Source of the DNA: an uncultured Alphaproteobacteria bacterium
GTDB lineage: Bacteria; Pseudomonadota; Alphaproteobacteria; GCA-2731375
Reading direction: 5' to 3'
Length of the DNA: 64,000 bases
Assembly: GCA_951812805.1 (NCBI GenBank)
Contig: CATOSZ010000001.1
Span: 1,600,017-1,664,016, forward strand
Made by a program: the position numbers and the translations under genes. Below are positions 38,131-48,466 of the stretch, in pieces (the first letter of the stretch is position 1; every line of letters starts with the position of its first letter). A model generated the notes under the pieces. The model made no database searches and was not told the origin of the DNA. It worked only from the letters and a program-made list of their open reading frames with translations.

Positions 38131-39132
38131 TTAGATTCCCTCCTCGCGGAAGGGGCGGGCCAACAGGCGTTCGATCTCGCCGGCGAGATCGGCGCCCTCG
38201 TTGCAAATGCGGTGCACGGCCTGGGTGATCGGCATATCGAGGCCGAGCGTGTCGGCCCGCGCCGCCAGTGCCGCCGCGGTCGCCACACCCTCGGTGACGG
38301 CCCGGCGGGGCCCGAGGATCTCGTCGATGGTACGGCCCCGGCCGAGCGCGATGCCGAGGGACATGTTGCGTGACTTCTCGCTTCCACAGGTGAGCGCCAG
38401 GTCGCCCAGGCCGGCGAGCCCCATCAGGGTTTCGGCGCGCCCGCCCGCGGCCAGTGCGTACCGCATGATCTCCGCCAGGCCCCGGGTCATCAGGGCGGCA
38501 CGAGCGTTCTCGCCGAGGCCGGCGCCGGCGACGATGCCGCAGGCGATCGCGACGACGTTCTTGACCGCGCCGCCGATCTCGGTGCCGGTAACGTCGTCCG
38601 TCAGGTAGGGCCGGAAGTGCGGCAGGCCGATAGCGTCGCGAATGGCGCCGCCCTGTTCCCCGTCCGTGCAGGCGAGGGTGACGGCGGCGGGCAGCCCGCG
38701 CGCCAGCTCGTCCGCAAAGGTCGGGCCGGACAGGATGGCGATTCCGCGGCCGGGTAGCGCCTCGGCGACGACCCGGCTCATCGGCCGGCCCGAGGCCCGC
38801 TCGATCCCCTTGGCGGCGATCAGGACCGCGGCATCGGCGGCGATTTCGCCCGCCAGGCGCGCTGCGACCTCGCCCGTCGCCTGGGCGGGTGCGGCGAACA
38901 GCACGAGCTCACGCCCGGCCAGCACGGCGGGATCGGCACTCGCGTCGAGCCGCGGGTCGAGGTCGATTCCCGGCAGATAGACCTCGTTCCGTCGCGTCTC
39001 GACGATCGCCCGGGCGAGCTCGGCGTCCCGCGTCCAGAGCACGACATCGCGTCCCGCCGCCGCTAACAAAGTCGCCAGCGCCGTCCCGAAGGCACCTGCG
39101 CCGACAACGGCGATCGAGGTCATTCCTGCCAT
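38131..39132 (-). CDS. gpsA: NAD(P)H-dependent glycerol-3-phosphate dehydrogenase
   Basis: …IAVVGAGAFGTALA…GAVKNV…, typical GpsA length. ATG 39132 after GGGAGG. Confidence 0.9.
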   Translation of the reverse strand: MAGMTSIAVVGAGAFGTALATLLAAAGRDVVLWTRDAELARAIVETRRNEVYLPGIDLDPRLDASADPAVLAGRELVLFAAPAQATGEVAARLAGEIAADAAVLIAAKGIERASGRPMSRVVAEALPGRGIAILSGPTFADELARGLPAAVTLACTDGEQGGAIRDAIGLPHFRPYLTDDVTGTEIGGAVKNVVAIACGIVAGAGLGENARAALMTRGLAEIMRYALAAGGRAETLMGLAGLGDLALTCGSEKSRNMSLGIALGRGRTIDEILGPRRAVTEGVATAAALAARADTLGLDMPITQAVHRICNEGADLAGEIERLLARPFREEGI

Positions 39133-39190
39133 AGCACTACGCCTCCCATCCCGCCTTGTGCTGCATCCATGCGAATCTGCACGCTCCCTC

Positions 39191-40921
39191 TCATGCCGGC
39201 AGTCCGAGGCGACCCAGGACGTCGTCGACATGGGCCAGCAGCCCGGGGTCGTCATGCATGAAGAACTGCGGCAGATGACTTCGTCGGAACATCGGGGCGA
39301 AGCGCTGGAGTTCGGTCATAGCGGCCCGCGCCTCGTCGTGCCGGCCCAGGCATTCGAGGGCGTGGGCCCGGTAGATCCAGGTCATCTGAAAGCCGAGCCC
39401 GTGTTTCAGCAACCGCTCCGTGGCGGCGAGGCATTCGACGTGGCGCTCGAGGCACAGCAAGACGCGTGCATGGCCGTAGTGATACCAGCTCGGCGTCAAC
39501 GGATTGAGGTCGATCGCCGCCTCGAAGTGCTGGACCGCCTCGTCGTAGCGCCCGGCGTGCATCAGCGTGAAGCCGTAGATGGCGCGCGTGTCGGCGTTGC
39601 CGGGATGCAGGGTAAGGCCCCGCCGGGCGATCTCGACGCCGTCCGCATGGCGGTTCAACGCCGCCGCGAGCATGGCGTTCAGGCTGATCGCCGCCGGCTC
39701 GCTCTCGTTGAGGACAAGCGCCTTGCGGGCGTAGGTGTCGGCCTCCTCGAAGTGGGCCATCGCCTCCGGTCCCAGCGACAATCGACCTTCGTACATGACC
39801 GTCCAGCCGACCAGCGCCCAGGCGGTCGCATAGTCCGGGTCGATATCGATGGCACGCCGGGCCAGTTCCCGCGCCTTCGAGGCGGCGGCGGCGTCGAACT
39901 TCAGCCACAGGTCCCAGGCGGTGACGCAGTTTCGCCAGGCCTCGACATTGTTGGTGCCGCGGGACAACATCAGGGCCCGTTCGCCGTCGGTCAGGCGAAG
40001 GCGCAGGTTGGTGACGATTTCCTTGACGATCTCGTCCTGGATCTCGAAGACGTCGTCCATTCGCCGGTCGTAGCGTTCGGCCCAGAGATGGGTGCCGTCG
40101 GCGGCGTCGATCAGCTGTGCCGTCACCCGGATACGGCTGCCGCCGCTCCGCACGCTGCCCTCCAGCACATAGCGCACGCCGAGTTCCGTCGCGACCCGGC
40201 CAAGATCCGTCGCGTCGCCCTTGTAGGCGAAGCTCGAATTTCGGGCGATGACCTTGAGCCGGGAAACCATCGAAAGCGCGGTGATGACATCCTCGGCGAT
40301 GCCGTCGCAGAAGAATTCCTGTTCCGGGTCGCTCGACCTGTTGGCGAAGGGCAGCACGGCGATCGAGGGGATCTCGTCACGCGGCGCGACGGCCGGCATG
40401 GATCGCGCGGTTGTCTCCGGTGCCCAGCGCCAGACCCGGACGGGGCGCCGGATATTCTTCACCTCGTGCTCGCCATCGTCGCTGAAGACGGCATCGAGCT
40501 TGCCCCGGACCTGGTCGTGAACGGTGCCCGAGACGGCGATCCCGCCCGGTTCGGCCAATGCTTCCAGGCGGGCGGCGATGTTGACGCCCTCGCCCAGGAT
40601 ATCCTCGCCGTCGACGACGACGTCGCCGAGATTGATGCCGATACGGAACCGCATGCCGTCTGTCGTCGTCGCCATGGCCTTCTGGACCCCGAGCGCGCAG
40701 CCGACCGCGGCGACGGCGCTGGCGAACTCGAGCAGCATGCCGTCGCCCGTGGTCTTGACGATGCGCCCGCCGTTCGCGGCAATCGCCGGGTCGACATGGT
40801 CGCGCCGATGCGCCTTGAGGGTGCGGATCGTGCCCGCTTCGTCCGCCTCCATCAGCCCGGAATAGCCGACCACGTCCGCCATCATGATCGCCGCCAGACG
40901 GCGTTCCTCGCCGGCGCTCAC
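39191..40921 (-). CDS. Class III cyclase-TolB_N-TPR protein (paralog 5; third gene of tandem triplet)
   Basis: The probable GTG start at 40921 overlaps the upstream stop (GTGA), giving VSAGEERRLAAIMMADVVGYSGL… This parallels the N-termini of the two upstream paralogs. Confidence 0.75.
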   Translation of the reverse strand: MSAGEERRLAAIMMADVVGYSGLMEADEAGTIRTLKAHRRDHVDPAIAANGGRIVKTTGDGMLLEFASAVAAVGCALGVQKAMATTTDGMRFRIGINLGDVVVDGEDILGEGVNIAARLEALAEPGGIAVSGTVHDQVRGKLDAVFSDDGEHEVKNIRRPVRVWRWAPETTARSMPAVAPRDEIPSIAVLPFANRSSDPEQEFFCDGIAEDVITALSMVSRLKVIARNSSFAYKGDATDLGRVATELGVRYVLEGSVRSGGSRIRVTAQLIDAADGTHLWAERYDRRMDDVFEIQDEIVKEIVTNLRLRLTDGERALMLSRGTNNVEAWRNCVTAWDLWLKFDAAAASKARELARRAIDIDPDYATAWALVGWTVMYEGRLSLGPEAMAHFEEADTYARKALVLNESEPAAISLNAMLAAALNRHADGVEIARRGLTLHPGNADTRAIYGFTLMHAGRYDEAVQHFEAAIDLNPLTPSWYHYGHARVLLCLERHVECLAATERLLKHGLGFQMTWIYRAHALECLGRHDEARAAMTELQRFAPMFRRSHLPQFFMHDDPGLLAHVDDVLGRLGLPA

Positions 40922-42654
40922 ACCGCCATCCCCGCGTCGGTCAGGACCCCGGCCAGCCGTTCCAGCATCTCCGGGTCGTTCAGCAGGAAGAATTGCGGCA
41001 GGTGGCCGACCCGCAGCATCGGTGCCAGCTGCGACGCGCGGGTCATCGCCTCGCGCGCCTCGGCGTCGCGGCCCTGGCATTGATAGATATAGGCACGGTA
41101 GAGCCAAGCCTGATGATGGTCCGGCTGGGCTTCCAACAGGCCGTCGATCGCTTGAAGGGATTCGTCCAGCCGGCCGAGGCAGAGCAGCGCGCGGGCATGG
41201 CCGTTGCGATACCAGACCGGCGGCAGCGGATTGAGCGCGAAGGCGGATGCGAAGTGCACCAGCGCCGCCTCGTAGCGTCCGCCATGCAGCAGGGCGAAGG
41301 CGAGAAAGCCGCGGGCATCCGCATTGCTCGGCAGGTGCGAGAGCGCTTCTTCGGCGATGGCCACGGCCTCGACGAAATTACCGTCCGAAAGCGCTACCAT
41401 CGTGGCGATGCCGGCGGTGACGCTGTTGCGTGCGTCGAGCGCGATCGCCCGTTCGGCGCAGTCGCGCGCGGTCGCAAAACTTTCCCGCGACGTCTCCGCC
41501 ACGGTCATCCGGCCCTCGAACCAGTGGGCGAAGGCCAGCGTCCCCCAGGCCGCCGCATAGTCGGGGTCGAGCGCGATGGCCCGCTCCGCGTGCTCGCGCG
41601 CCCGCAGGTGGCCGGAAGCGTTGTGCTTGATGTATTCGTCCATGGCACGCTGGCAGTGTTGCCAGGCCTCGATATTGTCGGTGCCGCGGGAGAGCATCAG
41701 GGCCTGCTCGCCGTCGGTCAGGCGGAGACGCAGGTTGGTGACGATTTCCTTGACGATCTCGTCCTGGATCTCGAAGACGTCGTCGAGGCGGCGATCATAA
41801 TGCTCGGCCCAGAGGTGGCCGCCGTCGGTGGCGTCGATCAGCTGCGCGGTGACCCGGATGCGGCTCCCGCCGGTCCGCACACTGCCTTCCAGGACGTAGC
41901 GCACGCCCAATTCCTCGGCGACGCGGCGGATGTCGGGCGAGGTGCCCTTGTAGGCGAAGCTGGAATTGCGCGCGATGACCTTGAGGCGGGCGATCTTCGA
42001 CAGCGCGGTGATCACGTCCTCGGCGATGCCGTCGCAGAAGAATTCCTGTTCGGGATCGGCCGACATGTTGGCGAACGGCAGCACGGCGATCGAGGGATCG
42101 TCGCCCGTTGCGCGGGCGCTCGGCTCGGCCCCGGGCGCCGTCGGGGCCTCCGCACTCCAGCGCCAGACCTGGACGGGGCGCTGGATGTTCTTCACCTGTT
42201 GCGCGCCGTCGTCCGTGAAGACCGCGTCCAGTTTGCCCTGGACCTGGTCGTGAACGGTCCCCGAGACGGCGATCCCGCCCGGATCGGCCAATGCTTCCAG
42301 GCGGGCGGCGACATTGACGCCTTCGCCCAGGATATCCTCGCCGTCGATGACGATGTCGCCGAGATTGACGCCGATGCGGAAGCGCATGTCGCCCGCCCTA
42401 TCGGCCATCGCCCGCTGGATCCACAGCGCGCAGTCGACGGCGGCCACGGCGCTGGCGAATTCGACCAGCATGCCGTCGCCCGTGGTCTTGACGATGCGTC
42501 CGCCGTGCGCGTGGATCGCCGGGTCGACGATATCGCGCCGGATGGCCTTCAGGCGCCGGATCGTCCCCGCCTCGTCCACCTCCATCAGTCCGGAATAGCC
42601 GACGACGTCCACCGCCAGGATCGCCGCCAGCCGACGTTCCACACCCCCGCTCAT
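40918..42654 (-). CDS. Class III cyclase-TolB_N-TPR protein (paralog 4; middle gene of tandem triplet)
   Basis: ATG at 42654 overlaps the upstream stop (ATGA): MSGGVERRLAAILAVDVVGYSGL… The rest of the 1087-aa ORF in the track is an upstream read-through. Confidence 0.8.
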   Translation of the reverse strand: MSGGVERRLAAILAVDVVGYSGLMEVDEAGTIRRLKAIRRDIVDPAIHAHGGRIVKTTGDGMLVEFASAVAAVDCALWIQRAMADRAGDMRFRIGVNLGDIVIDGEDILGEGVNVAARLEALADPGGIAVSGTVHDQVQGKLDAVFTDDGAQQVKNIQRPVQVWRWSAEAPTAPGAEPSARATGDDPSIAVLPFANMSADPEQEFFCDGIAEDVITALSKIARLKVIARNSSFAYKGTSPDIRRVAEELGVRYVLEGSVRTGGSRIRVTAQLIDATDGGHLWAEHYDRRLDDVFEIQDEIVKEIVTNLRLRLTDGEQALMLSRGTDNIEAWQHCQRAMDEYIKHNASGHLRAREHAERAIALDPDYAAAWGTLAFAHWFEGRMTVAETSRESFATARDCAERAIALDARNSVTAGIATMVALSDGNFVEAVAIAEEALSHLPSNADARGFLAFALLHGGRYEAALVHFASAFALNPLPPVWYRNGHARALLCLGRLDESLQAIDGLLEAQPDHHQAWLYRAYIYQCQGRDAEAREAMTRASQLAPMLRVGHLPQFFLLNDPEMLERLAGVLTDAGMAV

Positions 42655-44402
42655 GCCGGCAGCCCGGCCCGGCCCAGGGCGTCCGTGAAGTGGACCAGCA
42701 ATTCGGGGTCGTCGTGCAGGACGAGATTTGGCAAATGTCCCAGGCGGAATAGGGGGGCCAGGCGCACAACCTCCGCCACGCAGGCTCGCGCATCGTTCGA
42801 TCGGCCGAGGGATTCGAACGCGTAGGCGCGGTAGATCAACACCGTCTGATGACTGCCCTCGAGTTCCAGGGCCCGGTCGGTGGCGGCCAGCGCCGCCTCG
42901 TAGCGTTCGAGGCCGAGCAAGGCGCTCGCGTAGCCGCCGTGGTACCAGCTGGGCGTGATGGGGTTGAGGGAAATCGCCGCCTCGAAATGAAGCGCCGCGT
43001 CCTCGTAGCGCGCGGCCTGCGCCAGGGCCAAGGCGTAGTAGGCGCGCATATCGGCGTTGCCCGGATGATGGGCGAGGCCGCGCTCGGCAATGTCGACGCC
43101 GTCGCCATATCGCCCGAAAGCCACGGCCACCATGGCCTCGAGGCCGATGGCCATGGGCACCGTCGCATCCAGCGCAAGGGCCCGTTGCACATATCGGGCC
43201 GCCTGCTCGAACTTCTCCGTCGCCGCTGCGCCGAGCGATGTCCGTGCCTCGAACCAGAAGGACCATCCGGCCAGCGCATGGGCGACGGCATAGTCGGGAT
43301 CCAGCGCGATCGCTCCCTCGGCCAACGCCCGGGCACGGAGGTTTGTCGCAACCTCGAATTTCAGGAAAAGGTCCCAGGCCGTGGCGCAGTTCTGCCAAGC
43401 CTCGACGTTGCGGGTGCCACGGGCGATCAACAGCGCGCCGTCGCCATCCGAGAGGCGGACGCGCAGGTTGGCGACGATTTCCTTGACGATCTCGTCCTGG
43501 ATCGCGAAGACGTCGTCCATCCGCCGATCGTAGCGTTCGGCCCACAAGTGTGCGCCGTCCGTCGCGTCGATCAGCTGCGCCGTCACGCGGACACGACCGC
43601 CCCCGCTCCGCACGCTGCCCTCCAGCACGTGGCGCACGCCGAGGTCCTCGGCGACGCGGCGGATATCCGGCGATGTGCCCTTGTAGGCGAAGCTCGAATT
43701 GCGCGCGATGACCTTGAGGCGGGAGATCTTCGAGAGGGCGGTGATCACGTCCTCGGCGATGCCGTCGCAGAAGAACTCCTGTTCCGGATCGGCCGACATG
43801 TTGGCGAAGGGCAGCACGGCGATCGAGGGCGTCGCCGTTGTGGGCGCGTCCGCCACGGCGGGCTCCACCGCCAACATCTCCGGTTCCCAGCGCCAGATGT
43901 GGACCGGGCGGGCGATGTTCTTGACCTTGTGCATGCCACCGTCGGCCCAGGCGAGGTCGAGGCGGTCGCGGATCTGGCGGTGCGCGTCGTCCGAAATGGC
44001 GATGCCGCCGGGTGTGGCCAGGGCTTCGATACGGGCCGCGATGTTGACCCCATCGCCGAGCAGGTCCCCGCCCTCGGCGACGACGTCGCCGACATGAATG
44101 CCGACCCGGAACTCGATCCGCCGGTCCGCGTCGACGGCCCGGTTGCGTTCCGCCATGGCGTTCTGTGCGGCCGTGACGCACTTCACGGCGTCGACTGCGC
44201 TCGGGAATTCCAGCAGCAGGCTGTCGCCGGCGGTGTTGGCGATACGCCCGCCGTGGGTGTCGACGAGGCCGTCGATCAGCTCGCGCCGGTGCGCGCGCAA
44301 GGCGGCCAGCGTCGCCTCCTCGTCCGCGCCGACGAGACGCGAATAGCCGGCAACGTCCGCCGCCACGATCGCCGCAAGTCGTCTCACCGTGTTCTCCGCC
44401 AT
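42651..44402 (-). CDS. Class III cyclase-TolB_N-TPR protein (paralog 3; first gene of tandem triplet)
   Basis: 583 aa: MAENTVRRLAAIVAADVAGYSRL…, TolB_N motif PSIAVLPFANMSADPEQEFFCDGIAEDVITALSK, TPR tail. Confidence 0.85.
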   Translation of the reverse strand: MAENTVRRLAAIVAADVAGYSRLVGADEEATLAALRAHRRELIDGLVDTHGGRIANTAGDSLLLEFPSAVDAVKCVTAAQNAMAERNRAVDADRRIEFRVGIHVGDVVAEGGDLLGDGVNIAARIEALATPGGIAISDDAHRQIRDRLDLAWADGGMHKVKNIARPVHIWRWEPEMLAVEPAVADAPTTATPSIAVLPFANMSADPEQEFFCDGIAEDVITALSKISRLKVIARNSSFAYKGTSPDIRRVAEDLGVRHVLEGSVRSGGGRVRVTAQLIDATDGAHLWAERYDRRMDDVFAIQDEIVKEIVANLRVRLSDGDGALLIARGTRNVEAWQNCATAWDLFLKFEVATNLRARALAEGAIALDPDYAVAHALAGWSFWFEARTSLGAAATEKFEQAARYVQRALALDATVPMAIGLEAMVAVAFGRYGDGVDIAERGLAHHPGNADMRAYYALALAQAARYEDAALHFEAAISLNPITPSWYHGGYASALLGLERYEAALAATDRALELEGSHQTVLIYRAYAFESLGRSNDARACVAEVVRLAPLFRLGHLPNLVLHDDPELLVHFTDALGRAGLPA

Positions 44403-44504
44403 GGCCCGACTTTAGCGAAAGCGATGCCAGACCGGAATAGCGTGCGATGTTTGCGGGCGTCGGCTAGGCTAACGGCCGGTTTCTGGCAAGCTAGGGAGGC
44501 AACG

Positions 44505-44951
44505 ATGGGGCTGCAGCGGGTAGGGCATGTGGTGTTGAAGATGCGGGACCTGGACAAGGCGAAGCACTTCTATCGCGATATCCTGGGCATGGAAATCACG
44601 GACGAGCGCGAGGGCTTCGGCGTCTTTTTCCGCTTCTCCGACTATCACCACGATCTCGCGGTCTTCAAGGTCTCGGACGGCGCGGCGGCACCGGAAGCCG
44701 ACCAGGTCGGCCTCAGCCATCTCGCCATCGTCGCCGACGGTTGGGACACGGTGCGCGCCTATCACGCCAAATTCGTCGAGAACGACATCGAGATCGTTCG
44801 CACGGTGGACCACGGCGTCACCCGCTCGGTCTATGCCAAGGATCCCGAAGGCAACGAGGTCGAGATCTATTGCGAGGTGCCCGAGGTCCGCTGGCAGGAC
44901 GTCGATACCATCATCGTCGCCGATCCGATCGACATGGAGGCCGCCGACTAG
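44505..44951 (+). CDS. VOC-family protein (glyoxalase/bleomycin resistance/extradiol dioxygenase fold)
   Basis: MGLQRVGHVVLKMRDLDKAKHFYRDILGM… RBS AGGGAGG. Confidence 0.8.
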   Translation: MGLQRVGHVVLKMRDLDKAKHFYRDILGMEITDEREGFGVFFRFSDYHHDLAVFKVSDGAAAPEADQVGLSHLAIVADGWDTVRAYHAKFVENDIEIVRTVDHGVTRSVYAKDPEGNEVEIYCEVPEVRWQDVDTIIVADPIDMEAAD

Positions 44952-44963
44952 CCGGGACCGGCC

Positions 44964-45824
44964 TCAGGCGACCGCGCGCGTGGCATCGCGGACCTCGAAC
45001 GGTTCGAGATGCGCCTCGACCTCGGAGAAGCCGACCGCGCGTTCCGCGAAGGTGAAGCCGCCGTCCTCCCGCACCTCGGCGACGGCGCGCAGGAACTCGC
45101 CGAGCGCGGCGCGGAAGAAGGCGGATCCCAGGCTGATGCGAACGACGCCCGCCGCCGCCAGTTCGTCGACCCTGAGGGTCGCGCCCGGCATGCCCATGAC
45201 CACGTTCACCGGCTTGCCGACGGCCGAGGTGACGGCGCGGACGGTCTCGATGTCGTGCAGGCCCGGCGCATAGAGCACGTCGGCGCCCGCCGCCTCGAAA
45301 GCCTGGAGGCGGCGAATGGTATCGTGCAGGTCGTCGACGCCACAGACCAGGTTTTCCGCCCGCGCCGTCAGCACGAAGCCGTCGTCGCCGGCCCGCGCGG
45401 CTTCGACCGCGGCCTCGACCCGTTCGACGGCGAAGCCGAAGTCGTAGATCGGATCGTCCCGGTGGTTGGTGTAATCCTCGATCGAGCAGCCGGCGAGCCC
45501 GGCCTCGCGGGCGAGGCGCACCGTCTCCGCCACCCCTTCGGGGCTGTCGGCGAAGCCGTTCTCCAGGTCGGCCGAAACGGGCAGGTCCGTCGCTTGGACG
45601 ATCTGGCGGCAGTGCGCCAGGACCTGATCGCGGCTCGGGGAGCCGTCGCGCACGCCGAGGGAAAACGCCAGGCCGGCGCTGGTCGTCGCCAGGGCCTCGA
45701 AGCCGAGGGAGGCGAGCAGCCGGGCCGAGCCGACATCCCAGGGGTTGGGGATGACGAAACAGGCCTCGCGCGCATGCAGGGCACGGAACCGGGTCGTGGT
45801 GGAACGCGGATCGGGGGTGGTCAT
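44964..45824 (-). CDS. Isocitrate lyase/PEP mutase superfamily protein (methylisocitrate-lyase/oxaloacetate-decarboxylase-like; KRCGH motif not evident)
   Basis: …ACFVIPNPWDVGSARLL…GCSIED… RBS GAGGAG. The ATGA overlaps the upstream CGNR gene stop. Confidence 0.8.
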   Translation of the reverse strand: MTTPDPRSTTTRFRALHAREACFVIPNPWDVGSARLLASLGFEALATTSAGLAFSLGVRDGSPSRDQVLAHCRQIVQATDLPVSADLENGFADSPEGVAETVRLAREAGLAGCSIEDYTNHRDDPIYDFGFAVERVEAAVEAARAGDDGFVLTARAENLVCGVDDLHDTIRRLQAFEAAGADVLYAPGLHDIETVRAVTSAVGKPVNVVMGMPGATLRVDELAAAGVVRISLGSAFFRAALGEFLRAVAEVREDGGFTFAERAVGFSEVEAHLEPFEVRDATRAVA

Positions 45825-46459
45825 GGCGCATCTCCTCGTGTTGTGGTCCCGCGCGCGCCGCGCCGGACCTGGTAGTGGCGGGCGACCTTTTCGCGGTTGC
45901 CGCAGACCTTCATCGAACACCAGCGCCGCCGTCGGCCCTTTGAGCTGTCGCGGAACAGCCAGCCGCAGCGTGGACAGGCGTGCACGCGGCCCCGCGGCAG
46001 GCGAAAGACGCCGTCCAGCACCAGCAACGCCAGCGCGGCGATGAGGCCCGGCGTGTCGAGCCGGGCGGGCCGGACCCGCGCCGCCGTCTTGCCGTCGTCC
46101 GGCACCTGGGCGAGTTCCGCCGCGCCGTCACCGGCGAGGCCCAGGATTTGGGCGAGGGCGGTCGGTGGCGGTGGTTGGTCGGCGGCGGCGGCGTCGAACA
46201 CGTGCGCCGCGGCGGCCCGCAGCCGGGCGACGCCGGGGACCAGGCCGTCGGGGGCCAGCCCCGCCGCCTCCCCCGCCGTCAGCACGCCGACCTCGACCAT
46301 CCAGGTCGCGATCTTGCCGGGCGCGTTCATGCGATCGACGGCGAGCGTCGGGTCCAGCCGGTGCGAGATCGTGTTCACCAGATCCAGCGCCGGATGCCCG
46401 CCGACGAAATGCCGGGGGCGCCAGGGCGGGACGTCTTCGAATTGCGATTGACTGACCAT
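45821..46459 (-). CDS. CGNR zinc-finger domain protein (ABATE + CGNR; putative stress-responsive regulator)
   Basis: C-terminal CPRCGWLFRD…RRRWCSMKVCGNREK motif. Confidence 0.8.
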   Translation of the reverse strand: MVSQSQFEDVPPWRPRHFVGGHPALDLVNTISHRLDPTLAVDRMNAPGKIATWMVEVGVLTAGEAAGLAPDGLVPGVARLRAAAAHVFDAAAADQPPPPTALAQILGLAGDGAAELAQVPDDGKTAARVRPARLDTPGLIAALALLVLDGVFRLPRGRVHACPRCGWLFRDSSKGRRRRWCSMKVCGNREKVARHYQVRRGARGTTTRGDAP

Positions 46460-46482
46460 TAAAAAGGATTTATAGGGTTAGT

Positions 46483-46723
46483 ATGGAAACGTCAAGCCCC
46501 CCGATCCCCGACCTCGTCATCCGCCCGCTCACCCCCCGTCTGATGGACGCCATGGGCCAGGCCCTGAAGGGCAGCTGGGGGGCAACCTGTTGGTGCCTCT
46601 ATCCCCGGATGTCGGACCGGGAAATGCGGGAATTGCCGGGGGACGGGCCGCTCGGTCCGCGCCGGCGGGCGGTGATGACGCGCCTCGCCCGCAAGCGCCG
46701 CGCGCCCGGTTTGCTGGCCTTCG
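46483..46723 (+). pseudogene. GNAT-like N-acetyltransferase N-terminal fragment, truncated by IS21 insertion
   Basis: METSSPPIPDLVIRPLTP…WGATCWCLYPR…RRAPGLLAFVR then runs into the IS21 left terminal repeats at about 46724. Confidence 0.45.
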
Positions 46724-46895
46724 TGCGCGTTTCGGAAAGTCCCGGACACCGATTACGGAAAGTCCTGGCCAGAGATTTCAGTAAGTCGCGGCCAGTGATT
46801 CCGGAAAGTCCCGGACAGCATCACGGGGCGATCTGAGTTCAGCTTTCGGGTGCGCCGTCTCGGCGTCTACCTCTTGGCTTTTGCCGGGAGGGGAC

Positions 46896-48449
46896 ATGCC
46901 CAGACGGAAGCAGACGAGACGAACGACGGTGAGAGATGCACGAACGATCCTGCGGCTGACGCATGACCAAGGCCTCTCGGCGCGAGAGGTGGCGGAACGG
47001 CTGAAGGTCTCCAAGACGACAGTGTCGACCTATTTGCTGCGGGCCCGCGAGGTCGGCCTTACCGCCTGGCCGCTGCCGGCGGAATACGAGGACGACGCGG
47101 TCCTGCAAGAGACGCTGTTCCGCCGCATGGGCCGGCCCCCGCGCGACAGGTGCGAGCCGCACTGGCCGACGGTCGCGGCCGAGCTGAAGCGCAAGGGGGT
47201 GACGCTGACCCTGCTCTGGCAGGAATACCGCGCCTCACATCCCGATGGCTACGGCTACACCTGGTTCTGCGAAGCCTTCACGGCGTTCAAGCGGCGCACC
47301 GGCGCCACCTGGCGCAACCGCCACGAGGCCGGTGCGGTCATGCAGACCGATTATGCCGGCCAGACGGTGGACATCGTCGACCCCGAGACCGGCGAGGTGC
47401 ACGACGCGCAGATCTTCGTCGCCGTGCTGGGCGCTTCCTCGCTCACCTTCGCCACCGCCAGCCTGACCCAGCGCCTGCCCGACTGGGTCGCCGGACAATG
47501 CCGGGCGCTCGCCTACTTCGGCGGCGTGCCCAAGAGCATCGTCTGCGATAACCTCAAGGCCGGCGTCGCCAAGCCGCTCTGGTTCGAGCCGACCCTCAAC
47601 CCGACCTTCGCCGCGCTCGCCGAGCACTACGACACCACCGTCCTGCCGACCCGGGTCCGCAAGCCGCGCGACAAGGCCAAGGTCGAAGTCGCCGTCCAGG
47701 TCGTCGAGCGCTGGATCCTGGCAAGACTGCGCAATACGCGCTTCTTCTCCCTCGACCAGCTCAACCGGGCGATCCGCGACCTCCTCGAGGAGCTCAACGA
47801 GCGGCCCATGCGCAACCTTGGAAAGAGCCGGCGCCAGATGTTCGAGGCCATCGAGCGCGAGGCCCTGGCACCCCTGCCGACGACGCCCTTCGAATATGCC
47901 GAATGGAAGACCGCCAAGGTCCATTCCGACTATCACGTCGACGTCGAGCGCAGCTTCTACTCCGTGCCGCACGGCCTGATCGGCCGCAAGGTCCAAGTCC
48001 GGCTCACTCACCGCACGGTCGAGATCTTCCACAACCACAAGCGCGTCGCCAGCCATCTCCGCCGCTCACCGCATGGCGGCCATGCCACGATCCCGGCCCA
48101 CATGCCCAAGGCGCACCAGCGCTATGCCGAGCGAACGCCACAAAGCCTGATCGACCAGGCCAGCCGCATCGGCCCCAACGCCGCCCTCCTGGTCGAGCGG
48201 ATGATCCGCGATCGGCCCCATCCCGAGCAAGGCTATCGCAGCGCCATGGGCGTCTTGTCGCTCGCCCGCCGATACGAACCGGAACGCGTCGAGGCCGCCT
48301 GCGCACGCGCGCTCACCATCAACACGACCAGCTACTCATCGCTCGCCGCCATCCTCAAGTCCGGCCTCGATCGCACACGCCCCGAGCGCGAACCGCTTCT
48401 GCCGCTGCCGCCACACACCAACATCCGCGGCCCCGGCTACTACCGATAA
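46896..48449 (+). CDS. istA: IS21-family transposase IstA
   Basis: HTH N-terminus plus DDE integrase core (…[33 protein letters not shown]…). ATG 46896 after GGGAGGGG. Confidence 0.9.
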   Translation: MPRRKQTRRTTVRDARTILRLTHDQGLSAREVAERLKVSKTTVSTYLLRAREVGLTAWPLPAEYEDDAVLQETLFRRMGRPPRDRCEPHWPTVAAELKRKGVTLTLLWQEYRASHPDGYGYTWFCEAFTAFKRRTGATWRNRHEAGAVMQTDYAGQTVDIVDPETGEVHDAQIFVAVLGASSLTFATASLTQRLPDWVAGQCRALAYFGGVPKSIVCDNLKAGVAKPLWFEPTLNPTFAALAEHYDTTVLPTRVRKPRDKAKVEVAVQVVERWILARLRNTRFFSLDQLNRAIRDLLEELNERPMRNLGKSRRQMFEAIEREALAPLPTTPFEYAEWKTAKVHSDYHVDVERSFYSVPHGLIGRKVQVRLTHRTVEIFHNHKRVASHLRRSPHGGHATIPAHMPKAHQRYAERTPQSLIDQASRIGPNAALLVERMIRDRPHPEQGYRSAMGVLSLARRYEPERVEAACARALTINTTSYSSLAAILKSGLDRTRPEREPLLPLPPHTNIRGPGYYR

Positions 48450-48466
48450 CCAGGAGAAGACACCTC

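Noticed and set aside
40993-44951. Long plus-strand ORFs (610 aa and 700 aa) across the cyclase triplet
   Set aside because: They are antisense to the three cyclase genes. Only the last 148 codons (44505-44951) form a genuine VOC-family gene with its own RBS.
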